Origin: a virus
Taxonomy: Duplodnaviria; Caudoviricetes
DNA: 61,273 nt
IMG/VR virus record: IMGVR_UViG_3300032288_001098
Coordinates: 1 to 61,273 of that record
Direction: 5' to 3' (one strand)
Below are positions 29,342 to 38,200 of this stretch, piece after piece. Position 1 is the first letter of the stretch. Every line of letters begins with the position of its first letter. Both the position numbers and the translations under genes were made by a program. The notes under the pieces were generated by a model. That model ran no database searches. It worked only from the letters and a program-made list of their open reading frames with translations, and was not told where the DNA came from.

Positions 29342-30282
29342 CAGTAGGCCCCGCTACCCAAGAACTGCTGCCGGGGCACAAACCTGACCGCCGCCTTCTC
29401 ACGATCTTCCTCGGAAGCAAGCTGCCAAGCCTCGTCATACTGCTGTTTAAGCACCGGCAGGCGCTCGGCTCCGTTGGGCAGCTTCAGGGCAAGGTAGTAC
29501 GCCAGCCCCGCCGCAAGGCAGGGGATGAACCGAAACGGCACATCCATTACGTTTACACCACCACCGGCATCTTGCGTCCTGCGCAGCCTCCAGTAAACAA
29601 ACTGGTAGGTGGTGGAATCATCAGGGGTTGGCCACACGGTAATTGCAGGAACTTGCGCCCAGTACACAGCCGTGGAGTCGGCATGGGACGCCGCAGTTGT
29701 GTTTTGCTGCCCCCGTGCGCAGTTATATAGGGAATTCCCTGATATATACCCGTAGTTGATGATCTCGTTGTCAATCTTTACAAACCCGGATGCTGGCAAT
29801 CCAATTGTGGAATTCAGGGGAATGGTGGTTACCGAGGAGTTGATGCCTCCAACCTGATTGATGGTCAAACCTGTCGGGCTGTTTTGGGCGTTAAACCTCT
29901 GAATCCAGACCTGAATCGGACGACCCGAGATCAGCTTATTTGGGATCGTGGCGTAGGTGCTGACGCTGATCCGGGTGATGGTCAGGTCTGCCTGCGTGGT
30001 TGGGGTGTTCCCGCCCGTGCGGATGACATGCTCCAGCAGGTCAATTGTGTCGTTGGGCAGGGCGTAGGTATTCTGACCGGCAACAAGAGGGATCGTGCCG
30101 GTCTCGATGCTCCACATGTTGATGCCACGGTTGGCCCAGTCAGCAAACATGATGTTTAAACTGCGACGAGCTGTACGCAGGTCATAACCGGTGCGCAGCT
30201 CACTCCCGGCGCGTTCAAACGCCTCCTCGACCAGCTCATTGAGGTCAAGGTTGAATGCACTTACGCCGGATGTGTTTGCCAT
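29341..30282 (-). CDS. Adaptor / tail tubular-like structural protein
   Basis: EEAFER.G..ARRSLN..WANRG..VPFRFIPCLAAGLAYY. Confidence 0.65.
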   Translation of the reverse strand: MANTSGVSAFNLDLNELVEEAFERAGSELRTGYDLRTARRSLNIMFADWANRGINMWSIETGTIPLVAGQNTYALPNDTIDLLEHVIRTGGNTPTTQADLTITRISVSTYATIPNKLISGRPIQVWIQRFNAQNSPTGLTINQVGGINSSVTTIPLNSTIGLPASGFVKIDNEIINYGYISGNSLYNCARGQQNTTAASHADSTAVYWAQVPAITVWPTPDDSTTYQFVYWRLRRTQDAGGGVNVMDVPFRFIPCLAAGLAYYLALKLPNGAERLPVLKQQYDEAWQLASEEDREKAAVRFVPRQQFLGSGAY

Positions 30283-31202
30283 CAGAAGCCCCCTAAGCCG
30301 CCACCCATGTTGCCATAGCCGCCGCCCATATTTCCACCGCCAAAGCCGCCGCCAAAGCCGCCGCCCATAAACGGATTCATTTGGCGACCAAAACCGCCGC
30401 CCATAAACGGATTGAAGCCGCCACCACCCATAAACGGATTGAAGCCGCCACCGCCCATGAACGGATTGAAACCACCACCATAACCGCCGCCCATGAATGG
30501 GTTAAATCCTCCACCGCCCATAAAAGGATTCTGTAGCGGGCCTAATCCTCCGCCCATAAATGGGTTGTAGCCCAAAGAAGGGTTTCTGGACGGTCTTTGC
30601 TGCATACCCTGATTGCCGCCCACAGAAATGTCTGAACGAGGCTGCGGTCTTCCAAAGTCATACTGAGGCGCAAGCGTGGGCATCACGGCGGGCTTGACAG
30701 GAGACGGATACATTCCACTGTCGTCTGCAATCGGCGGAACATAATTTGGATCCCCCGGTCCGTCTGCAATCGGCGGAACATAATTTGGATCCCCCGGTGG
30801 GCGCATGACGCCGCCCGTCATGCCGCCACTCACAGCGAACGGCTCAGAAGAATCTTGCCCATACCCCGGCGGGAGCTTATTGGTAGGGCGCATACCGCCA
30901 CCCAATGCAGCCAATGCATTCAATGCACCCAATGCATCCAATGCACCCGGCACACGTTGGCCATACCGAGGATCATCAGGCGACAAAGGTCGTATGTCGC
31001 GGGACTCCGCACCGGTTGCAGGGTTGTAGTTTGAGCCGCCGAAGATTTGGCCAAAAAGGTTTGTGTATGGGTCTCGCCCGGGTTGACGGCTGGTCAGGTT
31101 AGTCTGATCAGGCGACAAACGGCGTATATCACGAGACTCCGCACCGGTTGATGGGTTGTAAACAGAACCGCCGTAAACTGGGCCAAAAGGATATGGAAAC
31201 AT
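30282..31202 (-). CDS. Low-complexity G/P/F-rich disordered protein with NPFMGGG repeats
   Basis: 306-aa ORF coupled to both neighbours; internal repeats. Confidence 0.6.
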   Translation of the reverse strand: MFPYPFGPVYGGSVYNPSTGAESRDIRRLSPDQTNLTSRQPGRDPYTNLFGQIFGGSNYNPATGAESRDIRPLSPDDPRYGQRVPGALDALGALNALAALGGGMRPTNKLPPGYGQDSSEPFAVSGGMTGGVMRPPGDPNYVPPIADGPGDPNYVPPIADDSGMYPSPVKPAVMPTLAPQYDFGRPQPRSDISVGGNQGMQQRPSRNPSLGYNPFMGGGLGPLQNPFMGGGGFNPFMGGGYGGGFNPFMGGGGFNPFMGGGGFNPFMGGGFGRQMNPFMGGGFGGGFGGGNMGGGYGNMGGGLGGF

Positions 31203-31435
31203 TATCTAAACCTCGCTGTTTTTGCTGCCACTTTGAGCGGCTGTTTCACGAACTGCTTCCCCGCAGCTTTGCCAGCACGTTTCGCACGTGTTGTCGCAGC
31301 GTACTCAGCAGGGCTGAGACTTTTGATCGCAGCACTTGGAAGGTATCTTTCACCCGTGTCAGAAGAGCGTTTGCCACTTTTCGTCCTCCATTTTTGGGCC
31401 GTCCAAGCCTTCAAAGACTGCTGGGGAGCCTTCAT
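31202..31435 (-). CDS. Small basic protein (DUF5872-like part)
   Basis: QQSLKAWTAQKWRT..ERYLP. Confidence 0.65.
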   Translation of the reverse strand: MKAPQQSLKAWTAQKWRTKSGKRSSDTGERYLPSAAIKSLSPAEYAATTRAKRAGKAAGKQFVKQPLKVAAKTARFR

Positions 31436-31716
31436 GACTTATACCCGCCGCCTTTTGCCTTGTACTGCTTGGCCAGAAGCTGGGCCTTCCTTGCGGACCA
31501 TTGCCCTGCCGCTGTACCCTGCACCGCCCGAGACTTGATGGACTCAAACAGCGACTTGCGCATACCCGGTTTGGTGTAATTGCCAGCCTCGTTGACCTTG
31601 GAGACTTTGCCGCCTTCAGCGTACTGCGTGAAGTCGGTGTCATCCCGGCGAGCCTTACGCTTGCCTTTAGGCATCTTGGAGGGGGAGATGGCCCCCATCC
31701 CACGGCTGGGCATCAT
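31432..31716 (-). CDS. Small basic protein (DUF5872-like part)
   Basis: NYTKP..GQWSARKAQLLAKQYK..GGGY. Confidence 0.65.
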   Translation of the reverse strand: MMPSRGMGAISPSKMPKGKRKARRDDTDFTQYAEGGKVSKVNEAGNYTKPGMRKSLFESIKSRAVQGTAAGQWSARKAQLLAKQYKAKGGGYKS

Positions 31717-31718
31717 GT

Positions 31719-31934
31719 TTAAACCATTCGGCCTTTGGTCTTGCCACGCTGGCAGCAGCCATCTGCGGCCTTTACATAGCCGCCTTTGGCATAACCCTTC
31801 TGACCCCGCACAGCATCACGAGGATCAGCCGGGGGCTCAGTCTTGGTCAGGGAGCGGTTGTATGCCTTCTCAGCCGCATCGCGCATTTTGCGGTCAGCTT
31901 GCTCTTGACGGGCTTCTTTCTCTGCTGGACTCAT
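31719..31934 (-). CDS. Small basic protein
   Basis: YAKGG..ADG..RGKTKGRMV; GAGG RBS. Confidence 0.65.
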   Translation of the reverse strand: MSPAEKEARQEQADRKMRDAAEKAYNRSLTKTEPPADPRDAVRGQKGYAKGGYVKAADGCCQRGKTKGRMV

Positions 31935-31942
31935 GATTCACC

Positions 31943-32734
31943 TCAATAGTATTTGGCTTGGCGGGCACCACGGGCCTTGCCCCAACCTTTTGCTGCGGGT
32001 TTGGACGACGCTTTGCCACCCCGTTTAAACTCAACGCCGGACTCATCTTCCTTGTATCGGGTGGACTTGGTGGGGTTACGATCAACTGCGCTGCGGGTGG
32101 ATGAGAAGCTGGTGGGCTGCTGTGAAGAACGAAGTTCTTCTGCCAGCTTTGCGGAACGCTCAGACTTGGCCAACGCCGCTTTCCTTGCTGCTGCGGCTCC
32201 ACGCATTTCCATGCCAATAGCGCCAATACCAGCCAACTTGCCGGGGCCAAACGCAGCCATAGTGTTGGCCACGTTCCTATCCAACTCACTCTCAGAAACA
32301 CGCTCTCCACCCGTAACCGTTGGAGTGCCTCCAGCCGGAATTTGAGAAATCAGCGCATCTCTGGTGGTAGGCGCAGCATATCTGCGGGTAAGCCTTGCTG
32401 TTTCATCACCAGTGTCAGGCACAGAATACTTCTTCGCCAATGACACCTGCTCCGGCTTTTGCCGAGGGGTAGATGTTTTTACAGGAGAAGGCGCAGGCCC
32501 ATCCGGGCGGATGGCAGGGCCTGACATAGCGGCGATCTCACCCGGAGACAGCTTCTCCCCCTCCTCCTCGGCACGCCTACGCATATCGGAGGTGATGGTT
32601 GGCTCTGAAGACGGAGTTTCAGCGGCAGCGGGTTTCTTTCGCGCCTCTTCTTCCTTCTTCTTGCTGTTGTACAACCCATAGCCAAGCGCCGCCAGAGCGG
32701 CGAGGCCAGCAATATCACTGCGTCTGCGTGCCAT
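31943..32734 (-). CDS. Basic low-complexity protein
   Basis: 263 aa; GGAG RBS; ends FKRGG..GWGKARG. Confidence 0.6.
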   Translation of the reverse strand: MARRRSDIAGLAALAALGYGLYNSKKKEEEARKKPAAAETPSSEPTITSDMRRRAEEEGEKLSPGEIAAMSGPAIRPDGPAPSPVKTSTPRQKPEQVSLAKKYSVPDTGDETARLTRRYAAPTTRDALISQIPAGGTPTVTGGERVSESELDRNVANTMAAFGPGKLAGIGAIGMEMRGAAAARKAALAKSERSAKLAEELRSSQQPTSFSSTRSAVDRNPTKSTRYKEDESGVEFKRGGKASSKPAAKGWGKARGARQAKYY

Positions 32735-32743
32735 GACTGCTCC

Positions 32744-33199
32744 TTAGCAGGCTTTACCGCCGTAGGCCATCTTGACCATAGTGGCGCGGGTCTTGCCCTT
32801 CTTGGCAATACCATCCGCAGCCTTGTGGCCAGCAGCCAAACCGCCGCCTGCATAGGCTTTGCCGCCATGCTTCATACCCTTCATCTCGGCCATCTCATGC
32901 TTGACCATCGACTTGGGAGCGCCCTTCTTCTTCATGAAGGACACTTCTTTCTTCATCATTGCTTTGGACTCTTTCACTTCGCCACCTCTTGCCATAATGC
33001 CCGACTTACCATGATCGGTTTTGGGGCGGTTGATTTTCTGAAGATCGGCCCGGGTTCCGGTGCCCTTGAACTTCAGTCCTTCGTCCGCTTTTGCGAACTC
33101 TTTGCCAACAGATTGTGGCACTCCAGCCTTCTTGGCGAAAGCCGGGTTATGTGCAACAGCCTGCATGAAGTTGTGCTGTTTTTCACTCTTGCTGGGCAT
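32744..33199 (-). CDS. Small basic K/M-rich protein
   Basis: MPSKSEKQHNFM start; several xxGG motifs. Confidence 0.65.
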   Translation of the reverse strand: MPSKSEKQHNFMQAVAHNPAFAKKAGVPQSVGKEFAKADEGLKFKGTGTRADLQKINRPKTDHGKSGIMARGGEVKESKAMMKKEVSFMKKKGAPKSMVKHEMAEMKGMKHGGKAYAGGGLAAGHKAADGIAKKGKTRATMVKMAYGGKAC

Positions 33200-33386
33200 C
33201 TGGTTTCTTCCTGCGGATGAGTTCCGCAAATGGTTTGCCAGTGACCATCTCAGCAATCCGCATGAGCGTCCACACGGCACCAATCAGGCCGAATACAGGT
33301 GTAAGAAGTTCCAAGAATGCTCCTATTGCCGCTATGGCAGAGGCAACATCCAGCACGTTCTTAACGGTGTCGTGGTTCTGTCCCAT
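33183..33386 (-). CDS. Small membrane protein
   Basis: Hydrophobic core; operon packing. Confidence 0.55.
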   Translation of the reverse strand: MGQNHDTVKNVLDVASAIAAIGAFLELLTPVFGLIGAVWTLMRIAEMVTGKPFAELIRRKKPDAQQE

Positions 33387-33387
33387 T

Positions 33388-33642
33388 TCAGCAGTTCCAA
33401 GCCCGCAGGCTCTTGTTAATTCTCGAATTCGGGTCTTTTGCGGTTTTGGCGCTCGTCAACTTCTTTTTCATCCCTTCCATACGGGCGCAAAAAGAGTCGC
33501 GGCGTGGACCGCCCTCGGGCTGCGGGGCCTTGAGCCCCGGCTTGCCCGGGTTCGCCTTGTTGTAGGAAGCCCGTCCTTTGGCGTTCAAACCGCCTTTGGG
33601 GTTCTTCCCTTCTTTTCGTTGCCATGCTGGAGTCTTAGCCAT
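33388..33642 (-). CDS. Small basic conserved phage protein
   Basis: AWQRKEGKNPKGGLNAKGRASY..SFCARM..SLRAWNC. Confidence 0.7.
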   Translation of the reverse strand: MAKTPAWQRKEGKNPKGGLNAKGRASYNKANPGKPGLKAPQPEGGPRRDSFCARMEGMKKKLTSAKTAKDPNSRINKSLRAWNC

Positions 33643-33913
33643 AAAACACCGTTATCTGCGCATTGGACAGCGCAACATAAACATCGGTTTGGAAAAGAAT
33701 GCCGTTGGCCGGGATCACCACACTGAAGGTTTCCCCGTTTGCGGTTGTGTTGATGGTCATGATAGTGGTGCCGCTGGCCCCGCCGTCTTTAAACACCACA
33801 CTTCCAGCACTGCCGCCCGGAGCAATCAATGCGCCGCGAACACGGGTTCTGCCCGCAACCGCAGTGCCTGACACCGCAAGCGATGAGGCAAGAATGTCTG
33901 TTTGCATCGTCAT
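33635..33913 (-). CDS. Small structural protein
   Basis: 92 aa beta-rich; AGGAG RBS. Confidence 0.6.
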   Translation of the reverse strand: MTMQTDILASSLAVSGTAVAGRTRVRGALIAPGGSAGSVVFKDGGASGTTIMTINTTANGETFSVVIPANGILFQTDVYVALSNAQITVFYG

Positions 33914-33925
33914 GATGCGCTCCTA

Positions 33926-34345
33926 TTAAGCGGTACGTGTAAACACGTATGCGGTCGGGCTGGAGAACATGATTGTGAAACGAGCAAGACCTGTGGCACC
34001 TGCGGCGACTGTCAAATCACCAAAAGAACCAGCAGAATCAACACCTGCGGTCGAGAGAACTGCGTTGGTGTTTGCAACAACGGCAACAGCACTTGCGCCA
34101 GCAGTGTTGTCAATGAACAGATCAAGGGTGGTGCCTTGGGTTGCGCCAAGGAATGAACCAAGCGCCGTCCCGGTGGGCAGCGTAATGTTGGTGCCAGCAA
34201 CCGAAGTTGAAGTGATGTAGCCAGAGGCAACCTGCGCTGCGGTAGCAGTGGCGGTGGCGTTGACAGCGTTGGCAGCGGTGACTTGGTGGCCATCGATAAA
34301 GCCGTTTTGAGATACGACTGGGCCATTGAAGGTGGTACGAGCCAT
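33926..34345 (-). CDS. Structural (head fibre/decoration-like) protein
   Basis: MARTTFNGPV.S.NGF start; follows the capsid gene. Confidence 0.6.
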   Translation of the reverse strand: MARTTFNGPVVSQNGFIDGHQVTAANAVNATATATAAQVASGYITSTSVAGTNITLPTGTALGSFLGATQGTTLDLFIDNTAGASAVAVVANTNAVLSTAGVDSAGSFGDLTVAAGATGLARFTIMFSSPTAYVFTRTA

Positions 34346-34434
34346 GATTCCTCACATGCGAGTTACGTTTGGGCGCTCTGTCTGCATGTCGTCAGCCGGG
34401 ACTGTCAGAAACGCCGGGGACCCCGGGATGACCC

Positions 34435-34463
34435 AATATATCTCATTTAAACGGGGCATGCAA
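34435..34463 (-). promoter_or_regulatory. Sigma70-like promoter downstream of the capsid terminator
   Basis: TTGCAT-17 nt-TATATT. Confidence 0.6.
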
Positions 34464-34473
34464 GCGTTTAAAT

Positions 34474-34497
34474 AAAAAGGGGGCCGAAGCCCCCTTT
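34474..34497 (-). terminator. Rho-independent terminator after the major capsid gene
   Basis: GGGGGC-TTCG-GCCCCC followed by a T-run on the minus strand. Confidence 0.85.
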
Positions 34498-34514
34498 CAG
34501 TCGGTAGACCCTTA

Positions 34515-35426
34515 TCAGGTCGAACCAGACGAACCCCACATGCCGAGGGGGTCAGACCAGCCAAAGCTGTAACGCTCACGGGCCTTGTAACGGACGTTGC
34601 CGGTATCGAAATCGCCGTCCATGCTGTTTTGCAGCGGAGTACGAACGAAGTGCTTCATACCATTGGGAACGTCTGTGGTCAGGAACCAAGCGTTGCTGTC
34701 GGTCAAGAAGTGGTTAACGGTGTAACCCTCGGGGATTGCGCCCATCTGCTTGATAGCGTTGATGTCGTTATCAGCAGTAGCCACACGCAGCTCGGTGTCA
34801 AGCAGACGCTTGGCAACGAACATGAGGCTCGGGGGAACAATCAGCTTCTTGGGCTTGGCAGCGATCAGCAGACCACGTTCGTCAGTCCAAGCGGCGATCT
34901 GAATAACGGCGGCTTCAAGAGAAGTCTCGTTCAAATCGACTTGGGTGCCGGGGGTGTTGCTGTTGACGCCACCAGAGACCAGCGGGTGGTTTGCGTTGAA
35001 CAGGGAAACGCCATCACCACCGGGGTAGGTGCTGGAGAAACCGTTGTTCAAAACCGCAGCGGCCTTAACCTGCTTGGTGTAAGCCATAGCCCGGGCCAGA
35101 GCCTTGGTGTAGCGGGCAGACAGACTGTCGTACAGGTTGTCTTCCACAGCTTCTTCAGTGATGCTGAAGCCAAGAGCAATGGTTTCGTGCGTATAGCGAG
35201 TGGACCATGCTTCCTGCGCATTGTCATATGCAATGGCAGCGCCTTCGTTCTTCACCGGAGCGGCGGAGAAGCCAGACAGCTTGGTTTCCTCTTCAAAAGA
35301 ACGCTCGGAAGTCTCGGTTTCGTAGATTTCCTTGTGCTCTTCACCATAGCGCGAATACTCCATACCGAACAGGGCGTTCAGGCCGGGGAGCAGTTCTTTC
35401 AGCAGTTGTGCGCGACTAATTGCCAT
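34515..35426 (-). CDS. Major capsid protein
   Basis: MAISRAQLLKELLPGLNALFG..DFDTGNVRYKARERYSFG; size and position. Confidence 0.88.
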   Translation of the reverse strand: MAISRAQLLKELLPGLNALFGMEYSRYGEEHKEIYETETSERSFEEETKLSGFSAAPVKNEGAAIAYDNAQEAWSTRYTHETIALGFSITEEAVEDNLYDSLSARYTKALARAMAYTKQVKAAAVLNNGFSSTYPGGDGVSLFNANHPLVSGGVNSNTPGTQVDLNETSLEAAVIQIAAWTDERGLLIAAKPKKLIVPPSLMFVAKRLLDTELRVATADNDINAIKQMGAIPEGYTVNHFLTDSNAWFLTTDVPNGMKHFVRTPLQNSMDGDFDTGNVRYKARERYSFGWSDPLGMWGSSGST

Positions 35427-35439
35427 GATCTACTCCTTA

Positions 35440-36132
35440 TCAGACGCCAACAGGGTTGAGGTATTGGTGCCCGCCGGTAACGGTGCTGACGGTTGCGAAG
35501 ACGCCAGTAGACGGCTCGGTGGTGGTCGAAACCACGTAAGGAGCATTCCACTTGCAAATTACTTCCACAAAATCGCCAGAAGAGTTAGCGGTATCAGGAA
35601 CCACATCAATGATGCGGATCGGCAGGGTAGCGGTGGTAGTGCCAACCGTGGTGTACAGACCGATACGGCTGTCGCCAGTAGCAGTCACACCTGCGTTTTG
35701 CACCAACTCAGCGTTAGTACCAATCACGCTACGACCCAGATAGGTCGGGGTGAGGCCGTTGCCGCCTTCAGTCTGACCGGCAACCAGAACTGCTTTAAAC
35801 AGCAGATCGGGGTCGTCCTGAATGTACGCCGTGATCACGGTGCCGGTGGGGGCAGCGTAGCCAGTCGGGTAGTACTGGGCAAAGATGACTTGTCCTTGCG
35901 CGTTAACGTAAGAACAGCCTTGGAAGACACCCAGAGGCGTAGCCGTAGCTTGGCCGGTATCTTTTTCAATGTAGCCCGTCGAAACAAGTTTCACCACATC
36001 TCCGTAGAAGATGTTGCCAGCGAACCCCGCAGGGTCAATCTGGTATTGGCGAGTTTGTCCGGCGAACACCTGACCACCGATCAGATTGATCGGCTTCAAG
36101 CCGTAAGGCTTGTCAATGGTGGGGTAAGCCAT
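35440..36132 (-). CDS. Capsid-associated (decoration/cement-like) protein
   Basis: PYGLKP..IFYGD.V..DDPD.LF; immediately upstream of capsid gene. Confidence 0.6.
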   Translation of the reverse strand: MAYPTIDKPYGLKPINLIGGQVFAGQTRQYQIDPAGFAGNIFYGDVVKLVSTGYIEKDTGQATATPLGVFQGCSYVNAQGQVIFAQYYPTGYAAPTGTVITAYIQDDPDLLFKAVLVAGQTEGGNGLTPTYLGRSVIGTNAELVQNAGVTATGDSRIGLYTTVGTTTATLPIRIIDVVPDTANSSGDFVEVICKWNAPYVVSTTTEPSTGVFATVSTVTGGHQYLNPVGV

Positions 36133-36146
36133 TTGAGACTCCTAAT

Positions 36147-36611
36147 TTATGAACCAGAACCGAAAGTTACCTTGGTCTTCTTCTCAGAGAAAAGAGGCAT
36201 CCGAGGATCACTCTCACGAAGGAAATTGTTGTCTACAGAATCCATTTGAGCCTTGTTTTGCTTATCGTAGTATTCCATACGTTGGGCCAAGAACTCGTCC
36301 GGGATACGGCAGAGCAACAGACCGCCCACTTCGATGTTTCCCTTGAAACGACCTTCAGTGGATGCGTGCATCATCATCTCGGGATACTCCTCTGCTTTGC
36401 AGGGCTCATATCCCTCGCGTAGCTTGGAGGATACGTTAGACGGATCGGCAACTCCCATCGAGGCGGTACGAATCCACCGATGTTTCCACCCCGGACGTTC
36501 ATCCGGCGAAGGTAGAGCCTCGGGCGGACGCCATGCCTCCGCACGTTTAAACACTACTTCGCGGGCATCAGCCTCACGGGTGCGACGATTCTGTTGAACC
36601 TGTTCCATCAT
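36147..36611 (-). CDS. Conserved head-module protein
   Basis: HRWIR..LREGYEP..VGGLLLCRIP. Confidence 0.7.
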   Translation of the reverse strand: MMEQVQQNRRTREADAREVVFKRAEAWRPPEALPSPDERPGWKHRWIRTASMGVADPSNVSSKLREGYEPCKAEEYPEMMMHASTEGRFKGNIEVGGLLLCRIPDEFLAQRMEYYDKQNKAQMDSVDNNFLRESDPRMPLFSEKKTKVTFGSGS

Positions 36612-37582
36612 TCATTCCTTCCAAGTAAAGCAACCTGTTTAGCGTACTGCTCTGGGGTGATCCCAAGTCTCCTCGCAAGGTTGACCTGAGAAGCCTTCAG
36701 CTTGACGCGAGTCGGCGGGGTGCTGCGTGTAGCCGGGGCCACAACAGCTGATTTTGAAGCACGGCGTTGAGGCGTTTCCTCTTCGACCGGTTCTGACTCA
36801 TATGCAGGAGAGTCGTCATCCTCACGGCTCCCGAAGTACTCGGGGAATCTTTTGCGCATGATACTGTCAACCTTCTTGAAGTATTCTTCAGTACCAATGT
36901 AGTCAGGACCATATTCCCTTTGGAGCTTTCTGTCAAGCCCCATCGCAGACATAGTCATTTCGTCGTCTTTACCAAACCAGTCGCTGTTGCGGTCTACCCA
37001 TTTCTGGGTCCGGGCGTCAAGCTGCGGCTTTTGTGGCTGAGTTGGCGGCGGTCGGAATTCTTCTTGCTGAGGAACCGAAACTGGCTGCATCTCATATGTA
37101 CGCTGCATATTGAGGGTTGCCCGGGCAAGTTCCTCCTGAGCTGCTGCCATGCCATCTGCATCGCCGCTTTCAAAGGCTTCTTTAACCTTTCGTTTTGCTT
37201 TTTCAAGCTCTGAGCCTGCCACACCCTTGACAGTCTCTATATACGCATTACTGCCGTGGGCAAGCTGTTGCTGGAGCCGCTTATTCTCCTCAAACACCTT
37301 GCGGGCAAAATCTTCAGCCGCCAGACGCTCACGCTCTGCCTGTTCTTTAGCTCTGCGTTCGTCGTGATAGCCACGGGTGAACTTCTTGATCCGCGCCTGA
37401 ACTTTCTCGTCATAGGTGGCGAGTTCTTCGTCGGTCGGGTCTTCCGGGGGAGGGGCTGATTTACGGCCCCTGTCTTCAGGCGGGGTATCGTCTTCGATCT
37501 CCAACTGAATCTCTTGTTCCTCTTTGGCTTTCGCCTTGGCTTCCTTTTCGTCAGGAAACTCGTAATCGTCGTCAAACTTCAT
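36608..37582 (-). CDS. Scaffolding protein
   Basis: Acidic coiled-coil; C-terminal LARRLGITPEQYAK; GAGGAG RBS before ATG at 37582. Confidence 0.7.
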   Translation of the reverse strand: MKFDDDYEFPDEKEAKAKAKEEQEIQLEIEDDTPPEDRGRKSAPPPEDPTDEELATYDEKVQARIKKFTRGYHDERRAKEQAERERLAAEDFARKVFEENKRLQQQLAHGSNAYIETVKGVAGSELEKAKRKVKEAFESGDADGMAAAQEELARATLNMQRTYEMQPVSVPQQEEFRPPPTQPQKPQLDARTQKWVDRNSDWFGKDDEMTMSAMGLDRKLQREYGPDYIGTEEYFKKVDSIMRKRFPEYFGSREDDDSPAYESEPVEEETPQRRASKSAVVAPATRSTPPTRVKLKASQVNLARRLGITPEQYAKQVALLGRNE

Positions 37583-37593
37583 GTTTAAACTCC

Positions 37594-38010
37594 TCAAGCA
37601 GCGCGGGTAATACCGCGCGGATCTTCAACAACAGCCTCGACCGAATCATCATTGATGATCCTGAACTCTCGACCGTGAATCTTCAGGCGGGTGCCTGAAT
37701 TGGGGCGCACGATGATGAAATCACCTTCTGCGCATGACGGGCCACTCGGGAATCGGGTGGTGTCTTTGTAGCAATCCGGGCCAAGTTTGACCACAAAAAG
37801 CACTGGGGTCAGCACCTCTTCGTAGTACATGGTCTTGTCCGCTTTGACCAGTCCAACCTCACTGTCGGCATATTCCTCCATTGCCTCGGGGACAACGCAA
37901 AGAAGATGGAAGGTTTTAGGGTCAGGCAGTTGCTTTGCCTTTTGCTCGGCGGTCCTGTTCATGATCGAGGAAAGATCAACGGCCAGCGCCGGATTTATGA
38001 CTTCAGTCAT
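37594..38010 (-). CDS. groES: GroES-like co-chaperonin
   Basis: LPDP..VVKLGPD..EGDFII..GTRLKIHGREFRIINDDSVEAVV. Confidence 0.8.
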   Translation of the reverse strand: MTEVINPALAVDLSSIMNRTAEQKAKQLPDPKTFHLLCVVPEAMEEYADSEVGLVKADKTMYYEEVLTPVLFVVKLGPDCYKDTTRFPSGPSCAEGDFIIVRPNSGTRLKIHGREFRIINDDSVEAVVEDPRGITRAA

Positions 38011-38200
38011 CTGAATGCTCCATTTTTTGCACGAGGTCGTTGATGATGTTCTCTGCAAGGCTCAGACCCCGGATGACCCCGCAGATTTTCTTGTACTCGT
38101 CATACGTGTCAGCTCTGCTTGCGGCCACGTAGGCCACCTGCTCCTGACGCAGTTTGTCGATCTCCTTGACTACTAAAGCGAGAGCTTTGTACTCATTCAT
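38003..38200 (-). CDS. Hypothetical protein
   Basis: EYKKICGVIRGL; located between portal and GroES. Confidence 0.65.
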   Translation of the reverse strand: MNEYKALALVVKEIDKLRQEQVAYVAASRADTYDEYKKICGVIRGLSLAENIINDLVQKMEHSDD

